Both the position numbers and the translations under genes were made by a program. The notes below the pieces were generated by a model that saw only the letters and a program-made list of their open reading frames with translations, made no database searches and had not been told where the DNA came from. DNA of 64,000 bases from a virus: positions 1 to 64,000 of the IMG/VR virus record IMGVR_UViG_3300042934_000426, one strand, 5' to 3'. Shown here in pieces: positions 43,520 to 52,676 of the stretch (its first letter is position 1; each line of letters opens with the position of its first letter).

Positions 43520-46120
43520 CTACCTCACTTCTATATTGGCTTTCTTAAAGAGCGGAATCATATAAGCTATGTCGTCATATGTGACGTCGGTTGCTTCTTT
43601 CTTCTCTTTCTTCGGCTTCACCCATGCTGTACCGTCAGCGTCCCAGCTTACATCTAAGGCATGTTGCCATATCTTACCGACGGCTGGTTCGGCTATGATA
43701 GGTAGAATTTCCGTAAAGCCTTCGAGCGGTGCTTCCATAACCTCTTTTATCCAGCGTGCTCCTTCCGAAGCGTATTCGATTGGACATTCAGCCTGGATTT
43801 CATCGTGGATTTGCATAACCTGTTTGATATACGGTGCTTCCTTGATGGAACGCTTCTTAATCTCCACCATGGCTCTTCGGATGATATCACTTGCTGACCC
43901 CTGAATAGGTGTGTTCATGGCTTTGTTTTCTGCGGACTTCCGAATAAACTCTTTCGGGTGATTAATGTCAGGAATCGGTCTTCGGTTTCCGAAGAGGGTT
44001 TCCACATATCCGTATTCTCTAGCGAAGCTGATTTGACTGTCCGCATACCCTCTAATACCTGGGTAGGTCGCCATGTAGTTGTTGATGAATACTTTCGCTT
44101 CGTCTTTGGTCATACCCATTTGTCGGTCTTTGGATAAGCCGAATTCGGTCATCCCATAGACGATTCCGAAGTTAACTTTTTTGGCACGATATCGATACGG
44201 CTTAAACTTACTCTTTACTTCGTCGATGGTGCATTGTAGCTTGAATACTTCTCTTGCCACTAGGCTATGAAGGTCAATGTTATCGATAAAGGCTTGAATC
44301 ATGTTCTTTTCCTGGGCGAACCAGGCGAGAACCTTTAGCTCAATTTGAGAATAGTCACATCCGATAAAAATGGTTTCTCCGCTCAATTTATGCGTGATAA
44401 TCATAATGTTCGGACGGGTAAAAATGTTCTGCTGGGTATAGTCAGCGGTTAGGTCATAGCTTGGTGCTTCGAAGACCCCTCGAATTCCCATCGGGTCGTT
44501 ATCGGGTCGTGGGATATTCTGCAAATTCGGCTTCTTCGAAGATAGTCGCCACGTACTAACAAGATTGAGCTGGGTGTGCAATTTATTGGTGTCTTTTCGG
44601 CAAAACGGAAGCATACCATTCACATAGGTACTAAGAATTTTGGTGTACTTCGAACGCTCCTTCAGTACTTTCATAAAGGCGCTGTCGCCTTCGTAGCTGT
44701 CGATTATGAGCTCCATATTGTCTTTCCCTGTTCCAGGTATTCCTGTCGTCTTCGAGCGCTCTACGCCCCTTGTATCGACTTGTAGGACGTGGAAGAATAG
44801 CCATGACTTATGCTGAGGACTTCCCCAGGAAAACGGCTTCGGTGTCTTGATTTCTAAGGCTACAGGGTCACCACGCCATTGACCCATTCCGTAAACCCCA
44901 GCGGGTACAATGACGTTACCGTGGTCGTCGACGCCCGCATGGTCTTTCGTAACCTCTCGTAAGGCTTCGTAGAGTTTTTGTTCGATACAGTCGTCTTCCC
45001 AATCTCCCGCTTCGATTTGCTCTTCGGTCATGGTTTCTCTTCCGTATAGCGCACGAAACGCTACCCGCTCCATATCCCGAAGCTTATCGGGATTCACCCG
45101 CCAACCCGCTAACTCAATTTCTCCCAGGGTCATCATAAACGGGACATTCAGCTCGAAGTACACGTCGTCTAAGCCTTCAGCCACTAGAAGCGGGTAACAC
45201 TTTAGATACACACCCAGCCCCCAATCACTGTCGGAACAGGCATAGTCAACGCTATGCTTATCGACGGGCAATTCGTTAAACGTGCGGTAGCGGGATTGTT
45301 TCTTCGTCTTCGGAAGTCCCTTTTTTGCCCCCGACTTGTAGTATTCGCCAGGGATAGGTTCTTCCCATTCGTGCTTTCCAACCGTTTGCTTAAAGGTTTT
45401 AATATTATCTACATGAATCAATCCATGCACCCATCCATCTTTGTCTGCTAATAGAGCTTTTGTGGCGGGCTTTAATCCGACTTCGGTTTCTCCTTCTGCT
45501 CCGACGGTTTCGGGTAAGGCTAGTTGCTTCACCATCACCAACGTACAAATGATTTTTCGGGTCAACGTCTTCGGGAACATATCAATGCCGTGTAATAAGC
45601 TCCATTGGTGCTCGGCTTTGATGTTATGGGCAATGACTAGGATTTCAGGGTCTTCGAGAAGAGGTTTTAAGAACTCTTGCATGATGAAGTCTGTTTCCCA
45701 ATTCGCTCCGTAGCTAGTATGGTTCATAGGGAAGTAAAACGCCTGACCGATTTCCCAGGCTACCGATACCCCTACGATTTCGTGGTCTTGCGGGTCTTGG
45801 GTGTCGTCTTCAGGGTCACCGTTTGTTTCATAGTCGAAGCTAATGATTTTCTTCTTTCGAATTTCCTGAGCTATGGTTCGAAGCTTCGGAAGGTCATTTT
45901 TTCCGACCGCATGATAGCCTCTTCCTGGTAGCTCTACATTTAGTATTTGCTGGACTTCAGCGGTGCTTTCTGCCTGAGCGATTCGTGCCTTCGCTTGCGG
46001 ACTTAACTTCGTTGGGGTCGTGGTTCTACTTGGTGCGATTACTCGCTTCGGCTCTTCCCTCTTCGGAAGTGCCTTTTTCTTTTGGCTTGCTACCTTCTCT
46101 TTGAGCTTCGCTAGGCTCAT
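43520..46120 (-). CDS. polA: Family A DNA polymerase with 3'-5' exonuclease
   Basis: FDYET, HNIKAE, RLSSKKPNLQNIP, DYSQIELK (A), RYRAKKVNFGIVYG (B), QIHDEI (C). Confidence 0.95.
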   Translation of the reverse strand: MSLAKLKEKVASQKKKALPKREEPKRVIAPSRTTTPTKLSPQAKARIAQAESTAEVQQILNVELPGRGYHAVGKNDLPKLRTIAQEIRKKKIISFDYETNGDPEDDTQDPQDHEIVGVSVAWEIGQAFYFPMNHTSYGANWETDFIMQEFLKPLLEDPEILVIAHNIKAEHQWSLLHGIDMFPKTLTRKIICTLVMVKQLALPETVGAEGETEVGLKPATKALLADKDGWVHGLIHVDNIKTFKQTVGKHEWEEPIPGEYYKSGAKKGLPKTKKQSRYRTFNELPVDKHSVDYACSDSDWGLGVYLKCYPLLVAEGLDDVYFELNVPFMMTLGEIELAGWRVNPDKLRDMERVAFRALYGRETMTEEQIEAGDWEDDCIEQKLYEALREVTKDHAGVDDHGNVIVPAGVYGMGQWRGDPVALEIKTPKPFSWGSPQHKSWLFFHVLQVDTRGVERSKTTGIPGTGKDNMELIIDSYEGDSAFMKVLKERSKYTKILSTYVNGMLPFCRKDTNKLHTQLNLVSTWRLSSKKPNLQNIPRPDNDPMGIRGVFEAPSYDLTADYTQQNIFTRPNIMIITHKLSGETIFIGCDYSQIELKVLAWFAQEKNMIQAFIDNIDLHSLVAREVFKLQCTIDEVKSKFKPYRYRAKKVNFGIVYGMTEFGLSKDRQMGMTKDEAKVFINNYMATYPGIRGYADSQISFAREYGYVETLFGNRRPIPDINHPKEFIRKSAENKAMNTPIQGSASDIIRRAMVEIKKRSIKEAPYIKQVMQIHDEIQAECPIEYASEGARWIKEVMEAPLEGFTEILPIIAEPAVGKIWQHALDVSWDADGTAWVKPKKEKKEATDVTYDDIAYMIPLFKKANIEVR

Positions 46121-46321
46121 AGTTACCAGCTCCTATCTAAAATACCGTGGGTGAATGTCCTTTGACTGAAGAGTGTGCAAATTGCCTTCGTCGTCTTCCC
46201 CTATGAATTCTTGCGGTTTATCAGGACTATACCCACTTGGATTTTGTTGCTTAACGGTTACCCATAGACCACTTGCTAATTCCAATCTTACACCGATTTT
46301 TGGTAGCATACTTACCAGCTC

Positions 46322-46699
46322 CTATTCACAAATTCTTTTTAGATACTTTTGGCGTATCTCTTGCATACGTGGCGTCGGAAGGTAGTATTTCTTGGATTCC
46401 CTTCGAATCAGTCCTAGTTGCTGAAATAACTTTAATCGCTTTAAGACGGGCTTATCACTGTAGCCTAGCTCGCCATAAACTTCCTGAGCGGTGACCACAC
46501 CCCTATCGACGATGAAGGTAATGAGCGCCTTCGTCAGGTCTTTGCTTCCCTGTTTATTCGTCGGGTGAAGCACGGTGCGAATGAATAACAGGTCTTGAAT
46601 GGAAAGGGGTTGAATGTCCTTATAGTGACCGCCCCGCTCTTTCCAGCGCTCGACGTCTTTTTGGTAATTCGATAGCACTTCTAACGCTTTTGCGTCCAA
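46322..46699 (-). CDS. Winged-helix DNA-binding protein (candidate binder of the 11-6-11 sites)
   Basis: VTAQEVYGELGYSDKPVLKRLKLFQQLGLIRR..KYYLPT wHTH; own promoter and operator. Confidence 0.7.
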   Translation of the reverse strand: MDAKALEVLSNYQKDVERWKERGGHYKDIQPLSIQDLLFIRTVLHPTNKQGSKDLTKALITFIVDRGVVTAQEVYGELGYSDKPVLKRLKLFQQLGLIRRESKKYYLPTPRMQEIRQKYLKRICE

Positions 46700-46720
46700 T
46701 GTTGACCAGCTCCTTTGTCA

Positions 46721-46781
46721 GAATTCAGTACGACTTCGTACGTTATATGATTAAGTATAACCAACTTTGAACAAATGTCAA
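46721..46781 (-). promoter_or_regulatory. SigA promoter with downstream 11-6-11 operator
   Basis: TTGACA-16-TATACT (46754-46781); ATATAACGTAC-GAAGTC-GTACTGAATTC (46721-46748). Confidence 0.75.
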
Positions 46782-46816
46782 CAAGAAAAGAAGCCCATTT
46801 TCAGGGCTTCCCTTGT

Positions 46817-47035
46817 CTAATTTTGACAGTCCTCACAATTTTCCCATATACCCACAATTTCTAAGGTTTCAGCGTCTACGTACAAGTAGACGTTGCTATC
46901 ACGCCAGCGCCATAGCCCTAAAACCTCATGGTCAGGATGACCTACTTCGTGCCCGCTCCAATCGCTTTCCCAAAAAAGGTCTTGGTGGTCGACCCACGTT
47001 TGACCGCACCCTGGGTGTATTTGTTTTTCTCCCAT
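46817..47035 (-). CDS. Small hypothetical protein
   Basis: GGAGCTGG RBS. Confidence 0.55.
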   Translation of the reverse strand: MGEKQIHPGCGQTWVDHQDLFWESDWSGHEVGHPDHEVLGLWRWRDSNVYLYVDAETLEIVGIWENCEDCQN

Positions 47036-47048
47036 ACTTACCAGCTCC

Positions 47049-50000
47049 TTATGTGTTCAAGTATTCAATGAACTTCGGTAACTTCCGAAGCCCATCACGG
47101 GTACGTTTAATCATGCTATGCTTCGTGAGGATTGCCAGTCGGTCATTCACCTGTTTTCGCTCGAATCCTAACATATCGATAATCTCGGCTGGCTTCAGAA
47201 TATCGTTCTTTCGGAAGAGCTCTAGGATTTCTTCCGATACGGCTACGTTCTCCCCGAAGTCCATGTTTTCAAGGGTTTGGCGAATCTCTTCCGCTTCTTC
47301 TTCGGTCAGCTCGGATTCTTCTTTGCTCTTGGCACTATAAATGTCTAGGCGGGCGTTTTGGTTGTCGTAAATCACTTGGATAAAGTCAGCTACATACTCC
47401 ACATGGTCAGGATTCACAATCACCTTCTCATGCGCTTCGTCGGTTGAATGAAGCAAGCTTGCTAGACTAATAGCCATACGTGCAATCTTCTTCCGAAGGT
47501 CAGACGGCTCTAAAAGCGGAATGTCCTGAGCGTAGCCGTACTTCTCGCCTAACTCGTCAGCCTTCGCTAGAATCTTACGCATAGCGGGCTTCGTAATCTC
47601 AATGTGTTCAGGTTTGCGTGACCACGCCCATAGAATCGAATCCCGAAGAGCTTCGGAAGTGATTAGTTGAACTTCGGGCTTGTCGTATTCCTGATTGAGT
47701 ACCGCCTTCGTGACGTCACCTGACTGAAGGAATATCGCCATATCCAAACGTCTGATATCTGCTGGTGAAGCGAACAACGGTTTTAAGGCTTCTACCCCAT
47801 GCGTGAAGCTCGATAGCGTTCTTGCCTTCGCTGGGTTCGTTAAAAGGATTAATCGGACACGGGCGTTGGTTTCGGTGTTGACCGTACGGTCTACTCGAAG
47901 TACCCCTGTGGTTCTCGCTTCGGTAATCTTACCAAAGTCTTCAGGGTGTAATTCAGAAAATTCGTCGATTGCGATTAGCTTGCGGTCACTAAGCGGGTAT
48001 TTCCCCCAGGTGATGAACCATCGTTCACCCATTTGCTCTAGGCGGTAGACTAATCCTGTACGGGACGTTCCTTCCCCTGACGTCATATTTCCTAGCCCCG
48101 CGAATTCCATAATGTTGCTAACAAGCTGGGTCTTCGCTTGCCCTGAATCTCCGACGAATACCGTTTCCAGCCAGCCACGCTTTTCGAGCTGACCCTGGAA
48201 ATAATAGTTTAAAGCGGAATGGTAGGTTAATAGTACCGCCAGGTGTGGCTCGAAGCGTTCTCGTACCAGGGTCACGTTGTCTACCAGGTCGCCTACTAAC
48301 AGGCTCACTCTATCGTCAATCGTTTCCCCTTCTTGCACCTTGAATACATCTAATCGTTGTCTAGCCTCTTCGGTCATTTCAAACTTTGATATGCTATCCT
48401 CTAACGGCTCTTGCTTTTGGCTCAGAATGGTCGCCATAGCGTTTTTCGGGTGACTATAGACATAACCCTCTAGGTCATAGTGTGTATTCGCCTGTACGTC
48501 ATTTCCGACGGCATACACCTTACGGGTCACGTACTCATTTCCTTCTCCGTCTACTTCCTTCGAAGACCCGTCTTCCCCTTTGACCGTCTTTACACGGTCA
48601 GCCATGGGCACCACTAGGAGCTCGGTGATATTTTCGTGTTCCAGCACTTCGGATTTAACCTTCTTACAGGAAGCTCCTGAATGGTGGAAGAGTATTCCTT
48701 TTAGCTGGGTATCATTTTGGTTGGTGGCTTCGATTAGGAATCGTTCATTTTCATGGAATTCCCGCTCGTATAGCCCACCGAAGTCGTGCATAATACAATC
48801 TTTGTCACAGAACGGTTCATGGCTACATACATAGCGAACCTTCTTTGGCACAATGTAAGGCGTATCCATTTTCCCTGATACCAGGGCGCTAAACGCTACT
48901 TTCTTTCCTGTGAATTCGGCATTAGCTGTCTTCGCTAGGTGCATGTGCTCGGCTGGCTCTTGGTCAATGGCGAAGTCTTCGTGGGCTGGGCATGCACGCC
49001 CCGCACATGGAACGGTTTCATAGTCACGTCCCTTACGCTCTCCTGATAGGCTTCGAATGAAGGCACAACCGAAGTGGTACTTTTGGTCTTCGTACACCGT
49101 TTTAATACACCCAATCGTAGACGCTTGCACTTCCGAAGGAGAAGAGCTAGTGAACGACTTCGGAATCTTTTTGACCCAATCGCACAAAATCTTGACCGTT
49201 TCGCTCATAGGGTAACCAGCGTCTTTATAGTACGAAGCTAGCGCCATTGTCGCTTTGTTACGGTCGCCTGATTTGAGGATTCCACGCTCGATGATAAATT
49301 GAACACATACAGGTACACCTTCCATTTGCTTTAGTACGGTGTCCTTTAGGGTTACACGGTCTGTATAGAGCTTATCAACTTCTTCCCATGCTTCGACTTT
49401 ACTCGCATACCATTCGTGAATGTCTTCGTTCAAATTGTACTCACATTGGTCAGGCGGGTAGAGGTCAGGACGTGGTGACTTTGCCAATCCATTAATGATG
49501 TTCCGAAGGTCGCTTTTCACTTCGTCATGGGTCAGTTCTACTTTGAATAGCCCGCTCTTATAGTGGATGGAATTCACCAGGCGAAGCATGCGACGGGTTC
49601 CGTAAATGGAAGAGGAATCTAAGCTTTTTAGTCCTAGCTGGGTTTCTAAGGTAACCGCGATAAACTTGATAATTCGGTTTAGCTTTTTATGTGGCTGGAT
49701 TCCCATAATCGTCGGATTCGCAATCACATGGAAGCCCTTCGAACCGCTGAAGTACACCCTGATTTCGTCTTCAGTTACCTGAAATCGCTCCGTGAAGTAA
49801 TGAAGAATCTTTACGACGTCACTTCGGCTCATTTCCAGGTTTTTAATCCATACAAAATCAGTACACGCCTGGTCACTGTCCACATAGTCATTAATCGATT
49901 GATTCGTGTCTTTTGATAACGGAATACCCATTTCGTAATTGCGAAGGTGTAATAATAGGTTTTCAGGTAATAGTCCGATTAATTCGTCCGCCTTTACCGC

Positions 50001-50318
50001 TCCCATTTCGACCAGTCCTGGGGCTTCCTGAATAACACCTTCTTTTACTTCCGAAGTAAGACTTCGTGAGCTATCAATATCGAAGAATAACGGCATATAA
50101 AGGAGCTCGGCTTCCCCATCAGGTCTTACCTTGTTACGAAAAGTTTGAATGGTGGAAAATACGTTGTAATTGCCGTATTGTTGCCTGAAGTCTTCCAGCT
50201 TATCCGCTTCGGTGCGGTTCCATTTCGTGTTCACGCCCGTTTGCGGGTTCTTGTGGTAGACGTCCACATAGAGGAAGTCCTCTAGTTTGATTTCGCTTTT
50301 CTTTTTCCCTTTTGCCAT
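47049..50318 (-). CDS. AEP primase / PriCT / MCM-like helicase fusion
   Basis: FFDID and FSGSKGFH (AEP), GDRNKATMALASYY (PriCT), VGDSGQAKTQ, IAIDEF, LLTNP, DIRRLD (MCM-type AAA+). Confidence 0.85.
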   Translation of the reverse strand: MAKGKKKSEIKLEDFLYVDVYHKNPQTGVNTKWNRTEADKLEDFRQQYGNYNVFSTIQTFRNKVRPDGEAELLYMPLFFDIDSSRSLTSEVKEGVIQEAPGLVEMGAVKADELIGLLPENLLLHLRNYEMGIPLSKDTNQSINDYVDSDQACTDFVWIKNLEMSRSDVVKILHYFTERFQVTEDEIRVYFSGSKGFHVIANPTIMGIQPHKKLNRIIKFIAVTLETQLGLKSLDSSSIYGTRRMLRLVNSIHYKSGLFKVELTHDEVKSDLRNIINGLAKSPRPDLYPPDQCEYNLNEDIHEWYASKVEAWEEVDKLYTDRVTLKDTVLKQMEGVPVCVQFIIERGILKSGDRNKATMALASYYKDAGYPMSETVKILCDWVKKIPKSFTSSSPSEVQASTIGCIKTVYEDQKYHFGCAFIRSLSGERKGRDYETVPCAGRACPAHEDFAIDQEPAEHMHLAKTANAEFTGKKVAFSALVSGKMDTPYIVPKKVRYVCSHEPFCDKDCIMHDFGGLYEREFHENERFLIEATNQNDTQLKGILFHHSGASCKKVKSEVLEHENITELLVVPMADRVKTVKGEDGSSKEVDGEGNEYVTRKVYAVGNDVQANTHYDLEGYVYSHPKNAMATILSQKQEPLEDSISKFEMTEEARQRLDVFKVQEGETIDDRVSLLVGDLVDNVTLVRERFEPHLAVLLTYHSALNYYFQGQLEKRGWLETVFVGDSGQAKTQLVSNIMEFAGLGNMTSGEGTSRTGLVYRLEQMGERWFITWGKYPLSDRKLIAIDEFSELHPEDFGKITEARTTGVLRVDRTVNTETNARVRLILLTNPAKARTLSSFTHGVEALKPLFASPADIRRLDMAIFLQSGDVTKAVLNQEYDKPEVQLITSEALRDSILWAWSRKPEHIEITKPAMRKILAKADELGEKYGYAQDIPLLEPSDLRKKIARMAISLASLLHSTDEAHEKVIVNPDHVEYVADFIQVIYDNQNARLDIYSAKSKEESELTEEEAEEIRQTLENMDFGENVAVSEEILELFRKNDILKPAEIIDMLGFERKQVNDRLAILTKHSMIKRTRDGLRKLPKFIEYLNT

Positions 50319-50484
50319 TTCCGTTTCCCCCTGTGAGCCTACTTCCGAAGTAAAGCCTGGGTCGGGTCGCTCCTTATGAGCTTACCTTGCCTTCTTTATC
50401 GCTTCGAAGGGCTCGATTAATAATGAAAAGAATAGACCCCTGAAGAGCGAATCATTCAGGGGTCTTCATTTTGGTTTCGAAGAA

Positions 50485-51135
50485 CTATTCAGCTTCTACT
50501 ACGCCTACGTTTTCAAATTCTACACGGCTATAACGAATTTTCTTGTCGTTACGGTTTTCCTGACGGCTGATTGTCATTTTCGTATAGATTTGGTTGATGG
50601 CGAAGCCCGCTTTGGCTTGTGCTTTTACGTAGTCGATAAAGTTCATAGCGGAAGCGGTCGGAAGCGTCATGATGTACTCAGTCGGCTCACCTTCTTCGCC
50701 TTCTTCGAACCAGCGAATTTCGAATTTCAATTTATATCGGTCGTCTAATTTCGTGTCGCTATTGTTGTACTTATTGTTGTCTTCGTCAAACCATTGATAG
50801 AAGCGTTTTCCGAAGCTTACAACCATTATAATCTCCGTAGCTGTTTCATTGCTTGCTTTGTAAAGGAAGTTTGTTCCGTCGATGGATACGTAATTACCGC
50901 CACCTGTGATATCGTCGATATTATCCAGGATTCCAGCGTTCATAACCGCCATTTGATTCGGGTTGTTGTTTACGGCTGGTGTTGCAGATTGGTTACGTGG
51001 TGCTGGTGTTTGGTTTGTCATGTGATTACCCCCGTTTTGAACTGTTTGCTGATTTGCATGTTGGTCTACGTTACCCGCTGGTACTGAGGTTGTTTGGGCT
51101 TTTGGTGCTCCCCCACGATTTGCTCTTAATGCCAT
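50485..51135 (-). CDS. Putative single-stranded DNA-binding protein
   Basis: Directly upstream of primase-helicase; beta-rich C-terminal part; RBS AGAAAGGTGG at the 51135 start. Confidence 0.5.
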   Translation of the reverse strand: MALRANRGGAPKAQTTSVPAGNVDQHANQQTVQNGGNHMTNQTPAPRNQSATPAVNNNPNQMAVMNAGILDNIDDITGGGNYVSIDGTNFLYKASNETATEIIMVVSFGKRFYQWFDEDNNKYNNSDTKLDDRYKLKFEIRWFEEGEEGEPTEYIMTLPTASAMNFIDYVKAQAKAGFAINQIYTKMTISRQENRNDKKIRYSRVEFENVGVVEAE

Positions 51136-51149
51136 AATGTTTTCCACCT

Positions 51150-51617
51150 TTCTGTCAGCTATCGGCTGAACACTGTAATATGATTTGCGGTAGCCTTCGA
51201 TTTGGTCTACCAAAAGTGATTCGAAGACGCTCGGCACAGTTCCACGTTTAGCTCACTCATTTCGTCAATCCCGCTTAGTGTCTATGCAAGTATCTATTGC
51301 GGGAGAAAGTGAGCGTGTACTGTCTTGCCTTTACGAATTTCCTACCCCTAGGTCGTTCGTTTGCGTGGGGTACTTCGAATCAGCTTTTGCTAGACCGAAG
51401 GGAGCGTCGGTGTAAATCCACCGATACTTTGTTGGTTTGACCCCGCCTATTTCGGTCTACCGAAAAGGGTTCATTACCTGGACTGATTACCAGCTTTGGT
51501 GGGATTTACGGTGTTTACCGTTCAGCCGTACTTTCGCCCGCTTAAAAGGGGTACTATTCAGCCATACTAAGAATTGACCTAACCCGTTATGAACGCCTTT
51601 CGCTAGACCGAAGCGTG
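51150..51617 (-). ncRNA. Candidate large structured RNA (two tandem domains)
   Basis: Stems 51589-51612/51451-51474 and 51373-51399/51201-51226 share TTCGGTCTAGCnAAAG...CTTTTnGGTAGACCnAA; many internal and long-range complementarities. Confidence 0.6.
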
Positions 51618-51896
51618 TTAAGCTTCAAGTCCCTGGCTCTTTAAGAAGTTAGCCAGCCCGCTTTGCGGGAAACGACGTACTTTATGTTTTCCTTCAGGAT
51701 TAATCACCGTATAGGGAATGTTGAAGTCTTCTAGCACCCGATAAAAGGTGTTTCGGCTTTGGCAAGGGAAGCCCTTGCTACTAAGGTAATCCATGGCTTG
51801 TTGCATTGTCAACATTTTATCGTCTACTAGGATTGCTTTTGCTTGCTTTGCTTTCGCCACTTGCCTTCCGCTCCTTTCTTGTTTGAAGTTGTTCAC
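51618..51896 (-). CDS. Excisionase/AlpA-like HTH DNA-binding protein
   Basis: MLTMQQAMDYL....SRNTFYR.....IP.......VRRF...L..FL. Confidence 0.7.
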   Translation of the reverse strand: MNNFKQERSGRQVAKAKQAKAILVDDKMLTMQQAMDYLSSKGFPCQSRNTFYRVLEDFNIPYTVINPEGKHKVRRFPQSGLANFLKSQGLEA

Positions 51897-52094
51897 CGTT
51901 GTTTAACTTTATATTTCTCATTATAGAGGTGTCCTATACGTTTGTCAACAACTTTGAACAAAATTATTTTATCGGTTTAGAGAATGTTTTATGACACGAA
52001 TAGCAAACGTAATCTATTTCTGTATCACCTGGAAAAATAACCAAAAAGTCTGTGTCTGTACTTCCACAGTTAGGGCAACCTACTTTATTAGCTG

Positions 52095-52391
52095 TCACCA
52101 TTGACCCCTTCCTTCGACGTATGTTTTATGCTTCAGGTCTTCGACTTGTGTAGCTGTATGAATCGTCTTCGAGCGGGCGTAGAAGGGATAGAAGCCCTTC
52201 CCCTCTCGTATACGCTCATTTAACGAATCCTTCGCTTGCTCGGTCATATCGTTCCAATCGTCGGATTCCCACACTTCCACCATGACTTCGACTTGCATAA
52301 TCACCACAGCTTTTTTACCCGTACGGGCTGGGGCGACGACTTCCGAAGTGGGAAGGTCGCCCATATCCTTACGTTCGTTCATACTACCCAC
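52095..52391 (-). CDS. Hypothetical protein
   Basis: ORF with RBS. Confidence 0.5.
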   Translation of the reverse strand: MGSMNERKDMGDLPTSEVVAPARTGKKAVVIMQVEVMVEVWESDDWNDMTEQAKDSLNERIREGKGFYPFYARSKTIHTATQVEDLKHKTYVEGRGQW

Positions 52392-52419
52392 CCCTTCAGG
52401 TTTTTCTCGATTGACGGCA

Positions 52420-52620
52420 CTAACTCAATGCTAAAATTACATCATCATATATCAGTTTTAATTCCTCAATTGTTATTCCATCTTTTTCATACTCCTTGAA
52501 TGATTGAACTAATTCAATAGCAATATCGTCTGTTATTTCTCCACTTTTAATTCTCATATCAAGAATTCCCACTTTTGTTTCAAGGTCGTTTTTTAATTGT
52601 TCAATTTCTATTTTGTTCAA
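52420..52620 (-). CDS. Hypothetical protein (AT-rich)
   Basis: TTG start with AAGGA RBS. Confidence 0.45.
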   Translation of the reverse strand: MNKIEIEQLKNDLETKVGILDMRIKSGEITDDIAIELVQSFKEYEKDGITIEELKLIYDDVILALS

Positions 52621-52676
52621 ATTAATCTTCCTTTCTGTTTTTTAGTGCGTAATTTGGTTTCATTACCTACTAGACC

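Noticed and set aside
5544-50318. Introns or inteins in terL, nrdJ, polA or primase-helicase
   Set aside because: ORFs are continuous with expected motif spacing and no intein splice motifs were seen; both HNH genes are free-standing.
51150-51617. tRNA, tmRNA or group I intron
   Set aside because: No cloverleaf, T-loop or CCA end, no tag reading frame and no group I P7 core recognised; no tRNA was recognised anywhere in the window.
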